64,000 nt of DNA from an uncultured delta proteobacterium. GTDB lineage: Bacteria > Myxococcota_A > Polyangia > Fen-1088. The notes beneath the pieces were generated by a model. It was not told the DNA's origin, made no database searches, and saw only the letters and a program-made list of their open reading frames with translations. This document shows positions 52,065 to 64,000 of the stretch, piece after piece. The translations under genes and the position numbers were made by a program. The stretch covers positions 1,280,001-1,344,000 of the forward strand of contig CAVYGB010000010.1 of the NCBI GenBank assembly GCA_963767925.1, given 5' to 3'. How positions within the stretch are numbered: the first letter of the stretch is position 1; the number at the start of each line of letters is the position of its first letter.

Positions 52065-53097
52065 ATGAGGTCCACTCTCCGGAAGCCCTGGACGATGACG
52101 ATCGGGCGCGCGGCGGCCGGCGTCGCCCTGCTGGGCGCGCTGCTGGCCTGCAAGAAGGACGCGCCCGCCCCGGCCCCCGCCGCCGGGGGCGGGGGCAACC
52201 GCTACAAGCTGGCCCTCATCGCCAAGAGCTCCACCAACCCGGTGTTCCTGGCGGCGCGCGAGGGGGCGGAGGCCGCCGCCCGCGAGCTGAAGGCCAAACA
52301 TGGCCTCGAGATCGAGGTGGCCTGGCTGACCCCGCCCCAGGAGGACGGTCAGGTGCAGGCCCAGCGGATCGCCCAGGCGGTCAACGAGGGGGCCCACGCC
52401 ATCCTCATCGCCTGCTCCGACGCGGGCAAGGTGACCGGCGCGATCAACGACGCGGTCGCGCGCGGGGTGGAGGTGATGACCTTCGACAGCGACGCCCCCC
52501 AGTCGCGCCGCTTCGCCTTTTACGGGGTCGACGACATGAAGCTGGGCCAGCGGATCATGGCCGAGCTGGCCCCCCTGCTGGGGGGCAAGGGCAAGGTCGC
52601 CATCCTGGCCGGCAACCAGAACGCCACCAACTTGCGCAAGCGGGTGGACGGCATCAAGGCCGAGGCGGCCAAGCACCCCCAAGATCCAGATCATCGACAC
52701 CTTCTTCCACCTGGAGACGCCCCAGGACGCCGCCGCCGAGGTGCTGCGCGTGCAGAACGCCCACCCCGACCTGGTGGGGTGGGCCATGGTGGGAGGCTGG
52801 CCGCTGTTCACCAAGACGCTGCTGACCGACCTCGACCCCGGCAAGGTTAAGATCGTCGCCGTCGACGCCCTGCCCGCCCAGCTCCCCTACGTGGACAAGG
52901 GCCTGTCGCCCATCCTGCTGGCCCAGCCCATCTTCAACTGGGGCAAGGTCAGCGTCGAGACGGTGATCGACAAGCTGCACTTCAAGAAGGAGATCCCGGC
53001 CTACGTGCCGATGGACGTCACCCGGGTGACGAAGGAGAACCTCGGCGCCTGGGCCAAGCAGCTCCGCGAGTGGAAGTTCACCGACGTCCCGTTCTGA
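52065..53097 (+). CDS. Sugar ABC substrate-binding lipoprotein (RbsB-like) with one apparent frameshift (~52680)
   Basis: Lipobox LLAC; NPVF, TFDSD and VAVD. The break falls at a CCCCC run. Confidence 0.88.
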
Positions 53098-53112
53098 CCG
53101 ACCCCGGCCCTC

Positions 53113-54693
53113 ATGAGCAGCTCCCCCGCGGTCCGGTTCGATCGGGTCACGAAGCGCTTTCCCGGCGTCCTCGCCGTCGAGGAGGTCTCGTTCGAGGTGG
53201 CGGCCGGCACCTGCCACGCCATCTGCGGCGAAAACGGAGCGGGCAAGAGCACCCTCGGCAAGCTGCTGGCCGGGATCCACCAGGCCGACGGCGGGCAGCT
53301 CTTCCTGCACGGGCGGGCGGTGGCCTTCCCCACCCCGGGAGACGCCCGCCGGGCGGGGGTGGGCATGGTCCACCAGGAGCTGGCCTTCGCCGAGAACCTC
53401 TCGGTGGCCGAGAACCTGTGCCTGGGCGACCTGCCCCGGCGGCTGGGGTTCGTGTCCTTCGACGAGGTGCGGGAGCGGGCCCGGCAGATGCTGGCCACCA
53501 TCGACGCCGGCATCGACGAGCGGCGGCTGGCCGGCGCGCTGACGGTGGGCGAGCAGCAGCTCTGCCAGATCGCGGCCGCGGTGGGCAGCGGCGCCCGGGT
53601 GCTTGTGTTCGACGAGCCCTCGAGCAGCCTCAGCCGGGGCGAGGCCGAGCGCCTGTTCGCGCTGATCGAGCGGCTCAAGGCGCGGGGGGTTACCATCCTG
53701 TACGTCTCGCACCGGCTGCCGGAGATCTACCGGCTGTGCGACGCCATCACCGTGCTGCGCGACGGCCGGCACGTGGTGACGACCGCGACCGGGGAGCTCG
53801 ACGAGGGGCGCCTGATCCAGGCGATGATCGGCCGGGCCCTGGTCCCCTACGCCCCCCGCTCGGTGGGACGCCCGCCGGGCGAGGTCATGCTGAAGGTCGA
53901 GCGGCTCTCGAGCCCCGGCCGCTTCGCCGACCTGTCGCTGTCGGTGCGGGCCGGCGAGATCGTCGGGGTGGCCGGCCTGATCGGGGCGGGGCGCACCGAG
54001 CTTTTGCGGGCCCTGTTCGGCCTCGACCCCGACGCGCGCGGGCGCCTGGAGGTTCAGGGGCGCCCGGAGCGGCCGGCCGACCCGGCCGCCGCCATGGCCC
54101 TCGGGCTGGGGCTGGTGCCCGAAGACCGCAAGCGGCAGGGGCTGGTGCTCGGCATGTCGGCCCTGGCCAACCTCACCTTGCCGATCCTCGCCGGGTCCCG
54201 CACCAGCCGCTTCGGGTTCGTGCGGGCGGCGGCCGAGCAGGCCCTGGCGCTGGAGCTGTTCCGGGCCCTGCGGGTGCGAGCGCCCGATCCGGACTTCCTG
54301 GCCGCCGGGCTGTCGGGCGGCAACCAGCAGAAGATCGTGCTCGCCAAGTGGCTGGCCGCCCGCTGCCGGGTGCTGCTGCTCGACGAGCCCACCCGGGGGG
54401 TCGACGTGGGCGGCAAGGCCGAGATCCACGACCTCATAGACGGGCTGGCGGTCGAGGGGACCGCGGTCCTGCTGGTCTCGAGCGAGCTGCCCGAGCTGCT
54501 CAAGCTGTCGCACCGGATCCTGGTGCTGCGCGAGGGCCGGCTGGTCGGCGAGGTGGGCCGCAACGCGGCCAGCGAGGAGACGGTGCTGCGGATGATGGGG
54601 GGCGTGACGGGGGGCGTGGCGGGGGGCATGAGCGGCGGCGGCGCACTTGGAGGACCGGCCCCCGCGGGCGCTCCGGCAGGAGGGGCGCCGTGA
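53113..54693 (+). CDS. Sugar ABC ATP-binding protein (RbsA-like)
   Basis: GENGAGKST, LSGGNQQK and DEPTRGVDVG. Confidence 0.93.
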   Translation: MSSSPAVRFDRVTKRFPGVLAVEEVSFEVAAGTCHAICGENGAGKSTLGKLLAGIHQADGGQLFLHGRAVAFPTPGDARRAGVGMVHQELAFAENLSVAENLCLGDLPRRLGFVSFDEVRERARQMLATIDAGIDERRLAGALTVGEQQLCQIAAAVGSGARVLVFDEPSSSLSRGEAERLFALIERLKARGVTILYVSHRLPEIYRLCDAITVLRDGRHVVTTATGELDEGRLIQAMIGRALVPYAPRSVGRPPGEVMLKVERLSSPGRFADLSLSVRAGEIVGVAGLIGAGRTELLRALFGLDPDARGRLEVQGRPERPADPAAAMALGLGLVPEDRKRQGLVLGMSALANLTLPILAGSRTSRFGFVRAAAEQALALELFRALRVRAPDPDFLAAGLSGGNQQKIVLAKWLAARCRVLLLDEPTRGVDVGGKAEIHDLIDGLAVEGTAVLLVSSELPELLKLSHRILVLREGRLVGEVGRNAASEETVLRMMGGVTGGVAGGMSGGGALGGPAPAGAPAGGAP

Positions 54694-55778
54694 GCGCGAC
54701 CGAGCAGGCCGACGTGGTCATCATCGGCGGCGGGGTGATCGGCTGCGCGGTCGCCGCCCGGCTGGCCCGGCCGGGCCGGGAGCTGATCGTGCTCGAGGCC
54801 GAGCCGCTGCTGGGGACCGGGGTCACCAGCCGCAACAGCGGGGTCATTCACAGCGGCCTCTATTATCCGCCCGATTCGCTCAAGGCCGCGGCCTGCGTGC
54901 GGGGCAACCGCCTGCTCTACGAGTGGGCCGAGCGCACCGGGGTCTGGTACCGCAAGACCGGCAAGCTCGTGGTGGCCCACTCGCTGACCCAGCTCGCGGA
55001 GCTGCAGGCCCTCTACGAAAACGCCAGCGCCTCGGGGGCGCCCGGGATCTCGCTCATCGACGGGGGGGCGGTGTCGGCGCTCGAGCCGTCGCTCACCATG
55101 GCGGCGGCGCTCTATTGCGCCGAGACCGGCATCATCGATCAGCACGAGCTGGTGCTGTCGCTGCGCGCGGCGGCCGAGCAGGCCGGGGCGGTGGTCGTCA
55201 CCTCGGCGGCCGTCACCCACATCGAGCCGGTGGCGGGCGGGTTCGCCCTCACCACAAAGCGGGGCGAGCTGCGCGCCGAGCGGGTGGTCAACGCCGCCGG
55301 CCTGGCCTCCACCGACGTGGCCCGGCTGGTCGGGCTCGACCGCTACACCATCTACCCCTGCCGGGGCGACTACTTCACCCTGCGCTCGCCGGCGAGCTAC
55401 CGGCACCTCATCTATCCGGTCAAGGACAAGACCAGCCCGGGCCTGGGCGTCCACCTCACCCTCGACCGCAGCGGGGCCTACCGCCTGGGCCCCGACGCCG
55501 AATACGTCGACCGCTGCGACGACTTTCGCCCGGCCGAGCACAAGCTGCCCCAGTTCCTCGAGGCCGCCATCCGGCTGCTGGGCCCCCTCACGGCCGATCA
55601 GCTCGCCTACGAGGGCTGCGGCATCCGCCCCAAGCTGCGCGCGCCCCACGAGCCAGCCGAGCGCGACTTCGTGCTAGAGGAGCACCCGGGCGGCTTTTAC
55701 CACCTCATCGGGATCGAGTCGCCCGGCCTGACCGCCTCGCTCGATCTGGCCGACCGGGTCGCGGCGCTCATCCGCTGA
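54690..55778 (+). CDS. FAD-dependent oxidoreductase (L-2-hydroxyglutarate oxidase-like)
   Basis: IIGGGVIG, TSRNSGVIHSG, LGVHLT, GIRPK and GIESPGLT. Confidence 0.88.
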   Translation: MSATEQADVVIIGGGVIGCAVAARLARPGRELIVLEAEPLLGTGVTSRNSGVIHSGLYYPPDSLKAAACVRGNRLLYEWAERTGVWYRKTGKLVVAHSLTQLAELQALYENASASGAPGISLIDGGAVSALEPSLTMAAALYCAETGIIDQHELVLSLRAAAEQAGAVVVTSAAVTHIEPVAGGFALTTKRGELRAERVVNAAGLASTDVARLVGLDRYTIYPCRGDYFTLRSPASYRHLIYPVKDKTSPGLGVHLTLDRSGAYRLGPDAEYVDRCDDFRPAEHKLPQFLEAAIRLLGPLTADQLAYEGCGIRPKLRAPHEPAERDFVLEEHPGGFYHLIGIESPGLTASLDLADRVAALIR

Positions 55779-57054
55779 CCGGTTCGGGTTCGGCCTCGAC
55801 CTCGGCCCCGACCGGGACGGCGGCGGTGCGCTCGCCCCGGGCGATGGCCACCGCCACCGCCAGATCGCCGGTCACGTTGAGGGTGGTCCGGCACATGTCG
55901 AGCAGGCGGTCGACCCCCAGGATGAGGCCCAGCCCCTCGGGCGGCACCCCCACCAGGCCCAGGATCATGGCGATCACCGGCAGCGACCCGGCCGGCACGC
56001 CGGCGGTGCCGATGCCGGCCAGCACGGAGATGACCATGACGGTGGCCTGCTGCCCCAGGCTGAGGTCGACCCCCGCCATCTGGGCCAGGAACAGGACGGT
56101 CACCCCCTCGTAGAGCGCGGTGCCGTGCTGGTTCATGGTCGAGCCGACGGTGAGCACGAAGCGGCTCAGCCCCCGGGGCAGCCGCAGCTCGGTGTCGGCC
56201 ACCCGCAGGGCGGTGGGCAAGGTCGCGCTCGAGGAGGCGGTCGAGAAGGCGGTCAACATCGCGACCCGCACGTCCCGGAAGAAGCGGCGCGGGCTGGTCT
56301 TGCCCACCAGCTTGATCAGCAGCGAATAGACGACGAACATGTGGATCGAGAGCCCCAGCACGACCACACCCACGAAGGCGGCCAGCGGCCCCAGGAACCC
56401 CGCCCCCAGGCGCACCCCCATCACGAAGAGCAGCGCCCCCACGCCGAAGGGCGCCACCCGCAACACGCCCTCGATGCAGGTCATCATGACGTCGTACAGG
56501 CCCTGCATCAGCTCGCGCAGCCGCAGGGCCGCCTCGCTGCGGGTCAGGGCCAGGGCGACGCCGAAGATGAGGGCGAAGACGATCACCCCGATCATGTCGC
56601 CGCTGGCCGCCGCCTTGATGGGGTTGTCGGGCACCATGCTGACGATCAGGTCGGCGGCCCCCATGCGAGGGGCGGTGGCGGCGGCCGGCGCCTGGCTGTT
56701 GCGGGCCATGGCCCGCAGCGCCTCGCCCGATCCCCCCGCGCCCGGGCGCACGGCGTTCACCAGGAACAGACCGATCAACACGGCGATGAAGGACAGCACG
56801 GCGGCGTAGCCGAGCGTGCGCAGCCCGACCCGCCCGAGCTGCCGCAGGTCGATCCCGGCGATGCCGACCACCAGGGCCGAGAACACCAGGGGCACGACCA
56901 GCATGAACAGCAGCCGCAGGAAGATCTGCCCGGCGGGCATGGCCAGGTTGGTCGCGATCCAGTCGACCCAGGCCGCGCCGGGCGCCAGGAAGTGGGCGGT
57001 CAGGCCCAGGACGGCGCCGATCGACATGCCCACCAACATCCGGCGCGGATTCAT
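55768..57054 (-). CDS. Dicarboxylate/amino acid:cation symporter (DAACS)
   Basis: AFSTASSSATLP, GTAGVP and DRLLDMCRTTLNVTGD. Confidence 0.92.
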   Translation of the reverse strand: MNPRRMLVGMSIGAVLGLTAHFLAPGAAWVDWIATNLAMPAGQIFLRLLFMLVVPLVFSALVVGIAGIDLRQLGRVGLRTLGYAAVLSFIAVLIGLFLVNAVRPGAGGSGEALRAMARNSQAPAAATAPRMGAADLIVSMVPDNPIKAAASGDMIGVIVFALIFGVALALTRSEAALRLRELMQGLYDVMMTCIEGVLRVAPFGVGALLFVMGVRLGAGFLGPLAAFVGVVVLGLSIHMFVVYSLLIKLVGKTSPRRFFRDVRVAMLTAFSTASSSATLPTALRVADTELRLPRGLSRFVLTVGSTMNQHGTALYEGVTVLFLAQMAGVDLSLGQQATVMVISVLAGIGTAGVPAGSLPVIAMILGLVGVPPEGLGLILGVDRLLDMCRTTLNVTGDLAVAVAIARGERTAAVPVGAEVEAEPEPVSG

Positions 57055-57196
57055 GGGCGCTACTCTAGTCGCGGCCCCGACGGATTCACAAACGGCGCTC
57101 GGTGCCGGGTGTCGGGTATTACCCAATGTCACCCAATGGTACCTAACGTTAACTCAGACCATTCCCTCAGGAAGAACCCGGTGATAACGTCACTCC

Positions 57197-58261
57197 ATGG
57201 ATGGGCGCGTCCTAATGCTATGTGTCGCCGTCCTGGTGGGGAGTTGTCACACACAGCCGGTGGTGCCGGAGGGGCAGGCGCTCGCGCCGCCGCCAGCGCC
57301 CGTGCGGCGGGACGCGGGCAGCGACGCGCCCGGCACCTTCACCGCCACCCCCGCGCCCCGGCCGCCCGACGCCGAGCCGGAGCCCGATCCCGATCCGCCA
57401 CCTCCGCCGGTCGGCGCGCCCAACGCGGACGCCGGCGCCTCCCCGTCGATCGATGCGCCCCGGCCTCCGGTCGACGCGCGCCCGCCCGCGCCGCCGGTGC
57501 GGATGGACGCGCCGGCCGTGCCCGCGCAGCCGCCCCGCCCGGGGCCCTGGTGGCGGCCCTATGTGGGGGCGAGCTGGGACTGGCAGCTCATGTCGCCGGT
57601 CGACCCCAGCTACGAGGTCGAGATCTACGACATCGACCTGTGGGACAACTCGGCCGCCGTCATCGCCGATCTGCACGCGCGCGGGCGCAAGGTCATCTGT
57701 TACGTGAACCTCGGCGCCTGGGAGAACTGGCGCGAAGACGCCGGCCGCTTCCCCCGGGAGATCGTCGGCGCGGCCTACGACGGCTTCCCCGACGAGAACT
57801 GGCTCGACATCCGGGCGATCAACGTGCTCTTGCCCATCATCCGCTCGCGCCTCGACATGGCGGTGGCCAAGGGTTGCGACGCGGTCGAGCCCGACAACAT
57901 GAACGGCTACGACCTCAGCACCCACGAGCCGACCGGCTTTCCCCTCACCTACCAGGACCAGATCGTCTACAACCGGCTCGTCGCCGCCGAGGCCCACCGG
58001 CGCGGGCTGGGGGTCGGGTTGAAGAACGACCTGCACCAGGTCCGGGATCTGGTGGGGGACTTCGACTTCGCGGTCAACGAGCAGTGCTTCGAGTTCGAGG
58101 AGTGCGAGCAGCTCCTGCCCTTCATCGAGGCGGGCAAGCCGGTCTTCCAGACCGAATACAACCTGCCGCTGGAGGCCTTCTGCCCCCTGGCCAAGGAATA
58201 CCGCTTCAGCTCGATCAAGAAGACCAACGACCTCAACTCGATCCGCGAGCGCTGCCCCTAG
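57197..58261 (+). CDS. GH114 endo-alpha-1,4-polygalactosaminidase-like lipoprotein
   Basis: WDWQL, YDIDLWD, KVICY, GAWENWRED, DAVEPDN, GLKND and AVNEQC; Pro-rich linker. Confidence 0.88.
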   Translation: MDGRVLMLCVAVLVGSCHTQPVVPEGQALAPPPAPVRRDAGSDAPGTFTATPAPRPPDAEPEPDPDPPPPPVGAPNADAGASPSIDAPRPPVDARPPAPPVRMDAPAVPAQPPRPGPWWRPYVGASWDWQLMSPVDPSYEVEIYDIDLWDNSAAVIADLHARGRKVICYVNLGAWENWREDAGRFPREIVGAAYDGFPDENWLDIRAINVLLPIIRSRLDMAVAKGCDAVEPDNMNGYDLSTHEPTGFPLTYQDQIVYNRLVAAEAHRRGLGVGLKNDLHQVRDLVGDFDFAVNEQCFEFEECEQLLPFIEAGKPVFQTEYNLPLEAFCPLAKEYRFSSIKKTNDLNSIRERCP

Positions 58262-58289
58262 CCCAGCCCGTGGAGGGGCGAGAGCGGTC

Positions 58290-59727
<1,438 letters not shown>

Positions 59728-59791
59728 GCCAGATCATATCGGCACGGCAGAGAAAATAGTGACCGGGCCAAAGTGTTTTTCCCTACGATTT

Positions 59792-60433
59792 TTAGGCGGA
59801 CGCATCAGGGGATTCAGGGTGGGTGCCGGCGTCCTCCGGCGTCAGGAGGTGGCCAACCTCGAGCGACTTTTTCGGCGAAACCTGCGGATCGGCGGGGCTT
59901 TCCTCGCGCAGCCGCTGCGCGATCTGCATGCGGGCCCGGAAGCGCCGCACCCGCAGGGTCTGCGGCTTGATGCCGGTGAGGGCGGTGACGTCGGAGGTAG
60001 GCAGCCGCCGGACGTCACACAGGTAGAGCAGGTTGCGATCTTCGACGGCCAGGTCGCCGAGCGCCTGCTCGAGCCGCTGCAGCATCCGGCGCCGCTCGAG
60101 CTCGTCGAGGGGGCTGAGCGCCGCCTCGGGCGCCTGCTCCATCATCCCGACCCGCGAACGTCCGCTGCGCATCTGGTTGCGCCAGCGGCGGCGAACGATG
60201 TTCTCGGTGATGCGGAACAGCCAGGGGCCGGGGGTGCGCAGCTCGGTCAGCTCTCCCAGCCGGCGGTGCACGACGAGGAAGACCTCCTGCACGATGTCCT
60301 CCGCTTCCACCGCCGAGCGGGCCAGCTTCGTCGCCCAGCGGGCCACCGCCGCGCCGTAGTCGCGATAGAGCGAAGCGGTGTCGACGGGAGCAGAGTCGGT
60401 ATCGAGGGTTCGACGCGCGAGAGCGATTGCCAT
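59792..60433 (-). CDS. ECF-type RNA polymerase sigma factor
   Basis: AEDIVQEVFL, WLFRITEN and TLRVRRFRAR. Confidence 0.85.
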   Translation of the reverse strand: MAIALARRTLDTDSAPVDTASLYRDYGAAVARWATKLARSAVEAEDIVQEVFLVVHRRLGELTELRTPGPWLFRITENIVRRRWRNQMRSGRSRVGMMEQAPEAALSPLDELERRRMLQRLEQALGDLAVEDRNLLYLCDVRRLPTSDVTALTGIKPQTLRVRRFRARMQIAQRLREESPADPQVSPKKSLEVGHLLTPEDAGTHPESPDASA

Positions 60434-60582
60434 GAACCCTGAATCAGCAACCGAGGTGCCAGGCCGTTGCCGCTGCGATCCGCTCCCCGAACCGCCGTGC
60501 CGCCGCCCTTTGACGCTGCCCTGCTTCGCCCGCTGGAGGCTCGAGCCACCAGGCCCGAGCCTCCGCCTGCGGGCTTCTCCCC

Positions 60583-61830
60583 TCAGGGCCGATAGGCGAA
60601 GCCCAGCCCGCCCCAGACGCTCTGGTCGATGGCCCCGCCGGCGACCAGGGCGTCGCCCGGCCTGGCGTTCATGTCGAAGCCGTAGCGGCGCAGGCCGGCG
60701 GTGCCACGCACCTCGAGGTCGCGGGTGATGGCGAAGGCCACGGTCGCCTCGCCCTGCACGCCCCGCACGGAGGCCCGGGAGAAGCGGCCCGCCTCGCTGA
60801 TGGGGCCTGCGTCGAGCACGTGCAGGTAGCTCGCCCGCCCCAGCAGGGCGAGGCGCGGCAACACGGTGTAGCGCCCGGCCGCGCCCGCCGAGAGGGTGCG
60901 GTAGCGGACGTTGGGCGAGCCCCCCGCCTCGCTGCCGGTGATGAAGCTCGAGGCGGCGTAGCCGAGCTGGGGGGCCACGCTGAGCGCGCCCCAGCCCAGC
61001 CGGTATTCCAGGCCCACCGAATAGCCACGCACCTCGTTGCTCTGCCGGTTCTCACCGGGCGAGACCGAGCTGACGGCGAAGCCGTATTCGAGCGCGCCAA
61101 TCAGGCCCAGGGGGGCCAGGCTCTCCGAGATCAGCGCGCCGGGACGGAAGGTCACCTCGAGCGCGCTGGCGAAGGCGCTCTTGAGCCGGTATTCCGGCAA
61201 GCGGCTCAGGTTCTGGACGTAGGAGAACGACCGGTTGAAGACCCGGCCGTCGAGGGTGAGCTCGATGAGCTCGCCGGGCGGGCGCTCGCCGTCCTCCTCG
61301 AGCACCGTCTCGTCGTAGGCCGAGGTCTGGATCGGGCCATCCGACTCGGGCGCGCTCTTTATCGTGACCGCCTCCTCGACCAGGGCTTGCAGCCGGGGTG
61401 AGGTCTGGCGGGTCAAGGTCCGCTCCAGGCGATCGAGCCGCCGGCCGGTGACCAGCAGCCGCCCCACCGCGGTGCCGTTGTCGCCCCGGCGCACCACCAG
61501 CTTGACCATCCAGCCGCCGCGCCGGTCGAGCTTCTGGGTGTAGGCCGAGACGAAGGCCCGCACGTCGAGGGCCCGTCCCAGGCGGGCGAAGTCGGCGCTG
61601 CCGACCAGCCCCACCCCCTGGCGCTGGGCGGCGGCCGCCACGCTGGAGTCGGTGACCACGTCGTACCGGCCGGCCAGGCCGATCTCGACCGCGCCCTGGA
61701 TCCGTTCGGCCTGCGGGCCGGCGAACCCCTTGATGACCGCCACCCGGTGGGTGGACTCGCTGCTCCAGGCCGGAGCCGGAGCGACAACGAACAGCAAGAC
61801 AGCGACGAAAAAGACAATGGATCGAATCAT
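60583..61830 (-). CDS. Exported protein with probable C-terminal outer-membrane beta-barrel
   Basis: Signal peptide; alternating beta-strand pattern; ends GLGFAYRP. Confidence 0.6.
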   Translation of the reverse strand: MIRSIVFFVAVLLFVVAPAPAWSSESTHRVAVIKGFAGPQAERIQGAVEIGLAGRYDVVTDSSVAAAAQRQGVGLVGSADFARLGRALDVRAFVSAYTQKLDRRGGWMVKLVVRRGDNGTAVGRLLVTGRRLDRLERTLTRQTSPRLQALVEEAVTIKSAPESDGPIQTSAYDETVLEEDGERPPGELIELTLDGRVFNRSFSYVQNLSRLPEYRLKSAFASALEVTFRPGALISESLAPLGLIGALEYGFAVSSVSPGENRQSNEVRGYSVGLEYRLGWGALSVAPQLGYAASSFITGSEAGGSPNVRYRTLSAGAAGRYTVLPRLALLGRASYLHVLDAGPISEAGRFSRASVRGVQGEATVAFAITRDLEVRGTAGLRRYGFDMNARPGDALVAGGAIDQSVWGGLGFAYRP

Positions 61831-61834
61831 GTGC

Positions 61835-62455
61835 TCAATTCTCCGATTGCGGTTCCACGCCACGGGCCACCGCGAGGCCGGCCCAATCCACCAAACAGGC
61901 AAGTTCGTCGGGGCTCAGCGGCGGCGCCGCGAACGGCATGATCTCGCCGCAGCCCTCGACCGCGCCGTACAGCTTCTCGAGGAAGTAACCGCGGGCCGCG
62001 CCCGCGCCCACCTCGAGGAAGTCCCGGTTGTTGCAGGCCGAGCGCACGCCGACGAGGCGGCGGGAGATGCCGGGGCTCACCAGGTCGAGGCCCTTGGTGG
62101 GGGAGACCTCACCGTGGCAGAGGCCGCACTTGGCGGACATGATGGCGAGGGCGTCGAGCCCCGGCGCGCAGCCGGAGGGAGCCGGTCCGGTCGCCTGATC
62201 CACGCCGCCATCGAGCTTCGGCGGGGGCGGAGGAGGTGGTGGTGGCGGAGGAGGAGGCGGCGGGCTCACCGATCCGCCGTCGGGATCCGACGGCACGGGC
62301 GGGGGCGGGGGCGGGGGACTGGACGGCGGGCCGCCGTCTGGAGTGACCCCGACAGCCTGGGTATAAGCGCTGGGATCGAGGTCGAGCCGACCTGAACATC
62401 CTGCCACCCCGGTCAAGCCAACTACCGCGAGCACGATCGAAAATCTGCTGGTCAT
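61835..62455 (-). CDS. Lipoprotein with a single CxxCH heme motif
   Basis: Lipobox VAGC, Pro linker, CGLCH and downstream IMP. Confidence 0.7.
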   Translation of the reverse strand: MTSRFSIVLAVVGLTGVAGCSGRLDLDPSAYTQAVGVTPDGGPPSSPPPPPPPVPSDPDGGSVSPPPPPPPPPPPPPPPKLDGGVDQATGPAPSGCAPGLDALAIMSAKCGLCHGEVSPTKGLDLVSPGISRRLVGVRSACNNRDFLEVGAGAARGYFLEKLYGAVEGCGEIMPFAAPPLSPDELACLVDWAGLAVARGVEPQSEN

Positions 62456-62526
62456 CCAAACCCCCGAGTCGTCCTGGTATCGCCACTGCGAAAAAAAACC
62501 GCGTTCAAGCCAACTCGTACCGGCTA

Positions 62527-62566
62527 AGAAACGAAAAGCGCGGGGGGCTGTTTCCGCCCCCCGCGC
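62527..62566 (-). terminator. Intrinsic terminator
   Basis: 11-bp GC stem (62538-62548 / 62556-62566) followed by TTTTCGTTTCTT on the minus strand. Confidence 0.7.
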
Positions 62567-62580
62567 CCCGAGCTACGCGG

Positions 62581-64000
62581 TCACTCGCAGAGGTTGACGA
62601 CGCGGGGGTCGTTGAAGGTGTTGTTGCAGAACTCGGCGTTCGCAACGATCTTGGGGGCCAGGTCCCGGTAGATGCAGACGAAGTCGTCGCGCAGCACCAG
62701 CGGCGCGGTCGGCGAGCGGGGCAGGACGTCGTTCTGGAAGTCGTTGGCCAGCACCCGCTCCTTGAAGCGGATGAACTCCTCACCGAACTCCGAGGCCGCG
62801 CCGCGGAAGCCGACGTTCGACTCGTATTGCCCGACCAGGGCCATGAACTCCAGGTATTGCCCGTCGTTCCGGGGGAAGGCGCCGCCCGGGACGGCCTGCA
62901 CGATGGCCTTGTAGCGGTTGGCGTCGGTGTTGAACACGTCGGGACGCAGCACCCGCGGGTAGGTCACCTCGATCTCGTCGAGCTCGCCGCCCTCGAAGTT
63001 CGCGATGTGCGTCTCGGCGTAGCGGGCGATCTCGTCGGTGTCGCGGGGGCGCAACATGCCGCCGGTGCCGTGGCAGCCGTAGCAGGAGATGCCGTTCTCG
63101 ACGACGCCGTTGCGCCGGTTCGGGTCGCGCACGATGTTGATGGGCGCCACGTCGAGCTTGTTGCCGACGGCGTCGACCAGCATGTACCCCTGCATCCCGT
63201 TCGGCATGGTGAAGATCACCTCGCCGCCCGCGTGCTCGAAGGTGTGCACGAAGCCCTGCTCGTCCCGGTTGGCCGGCCCCAGGGGGTTGGCCAGCAGGTC
63301 GGCCCGACCCAGGTTGGAGTCGAAGTCGTAGCTGATCCAGAGGTATTGCCCCTGCGACCCCAGGTGGCGCTCCAGCATGCGGTTGTGCAGGGCCACGCCC
63401 GATTTGCGGAAGCCGATGCGCACCAGGTTGTCCGGCTCCTCGAGCCCCGGGTGGTTGATGTTGTCGTTGATGTCGACGCCCAGCCGCGCCGCCAGCTCGT
63501 CGACCGTGTCCGGCAGGTCGATCAGCACGTCGTACAGCGGGGCCTTGGTGGCGGTGGCCAGGAACCAGTCGCCGCGGACCACCGGGGCCTCGGTGTTGAG
63601 CTGCAGGTAGAGGGCCTCGTGGGCCGCCGCGTCCGAGCGGATGCAGTAGGGGTAAAAGCCGGTGAGCTGATCCCAGAGCTGCTCGTCCCAGCCCAGGTCG
63701 GCGAGCTGGAAGCGGAAGATCGAGCGGTGGGGATCGATGGTCGTCGCCTCGACCAGCTCACCCCGCCGCGACAGCGAGTTGAGGGTGAAGACGAACACCT
63801 GCCGGACCGCCTCCATCTCCGACTCGGAGCGCCCCTGTCCCACGTAGTGGGCGAAGCTGATGTAGCGGTAGTCGGACGAGCGGTCGCGCAGCCGGAGCTG
63901 GTCGCGCGAGATCTCGTCGAGCACGTCGGTGTCGTTGAGGATGGCGTCGGGTGGGCGCCGCATCCCCTGGATCCAGGTGCGGAGCGCGTCGACCTCGGTG
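62581..64000 (-). CDS. Large c-type cytochrome-like protein, 5' part outside the window
   Basis: NGISCYGCH, RGDWF, SGVALHNRMLERH and GGEVIF motifs. Frame runs to the window edge. Confidence 0.7.
   Translation of the reverse strand, partial: TEVDALRTWIQGMRRPPDAILNDTDVLDEISRDQLRLRDRSSDYRYISFAHYVGQGRSESEMEAVRQVFVFTLNSLSRRGELVEATTIDPHRSIFRFQLADLGWDEQLWDQLTGFYPYCIRSDAAAHEALYLQLNTEAPVVRGDWFLATATKAPLYDVLIDLPDTVDELAARLGVDINDNINHPGLEEPDNLVRIGFRKSGVALHNRMLERHLGSQGQYLWISYDFDSNLGRADLLANPLGPANRDEQGFVHTFEHAGGEVIFTMPNGMQGYMLVDAVGNKLDVAPINIVRDPNRRNGVVENGISCYGCHGTGGMLRPRDTDEIARYAETHIANFEGGELDEIEVTYPRVLRPDVFNTDANRYKAIVQAVPGGAFPRNDGQYLEFMALVGQYESNVGFRGAASEFGEEFIRFKERVLANDFQNDVLPRSPTAPLVLRDDFVCIYRDLAPKIVANAEFCNNTFNDPRVVNLCE

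Overview
Very GC-rich bacterial DNA. The gene content (FHA-sigma54 activator, Ser/Thr kinase, Cys-rich and vWA lipoproteins, a MYXO-CTERM-like tail) suggests a Myxococcota genome, which is an inference. The flanks (1-17.0 kb and 37.4-64 kb) hold chromosomal genes: GH113/GH9/GH114 hydrolases, SNF2 helicase, NMP kinase, acyl-CoA carboxylase beta, ClpX-like ATPase, sugar ABC transporter, regulators and c-type cytochromes. Many carry isolated frameshifts that look like long-read assembly indels. The centre (~17.17-37.3 kb) is a nested pile-up of mobile elements. A recombinase-in-trio (RIT) element with ~83-bp inverted repeats and a terminal 20-bp palindrome is inserted at the Y-V-D-N-G catalytic motif of a Mu/TnsB-like DDE transposase. 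A 431-bp TG...CA MITE with a 3-bp target duplication sits inside ritB, and its ends match an end associated with the DDE+AAA transposon pieces. An IS21-like element carries a Zn-finger gene, a ParB-like gene and four upstream DNA repeats. Also present are an intact IS66, a deleted IS66, further IS21 and IS630 remnants, a relaxase-like fragment and candidate defence genes. The best candidates for under-described systems are the ParB/Zn-finger/repeat-bearing IS21-like element, the RIT end architecture, and the four-gene DDE-AAA transposon with its MITE. No rRNA, tRNA or CRISPR array was seen. All family assignments come from motif recognition by eye; no database search was run.
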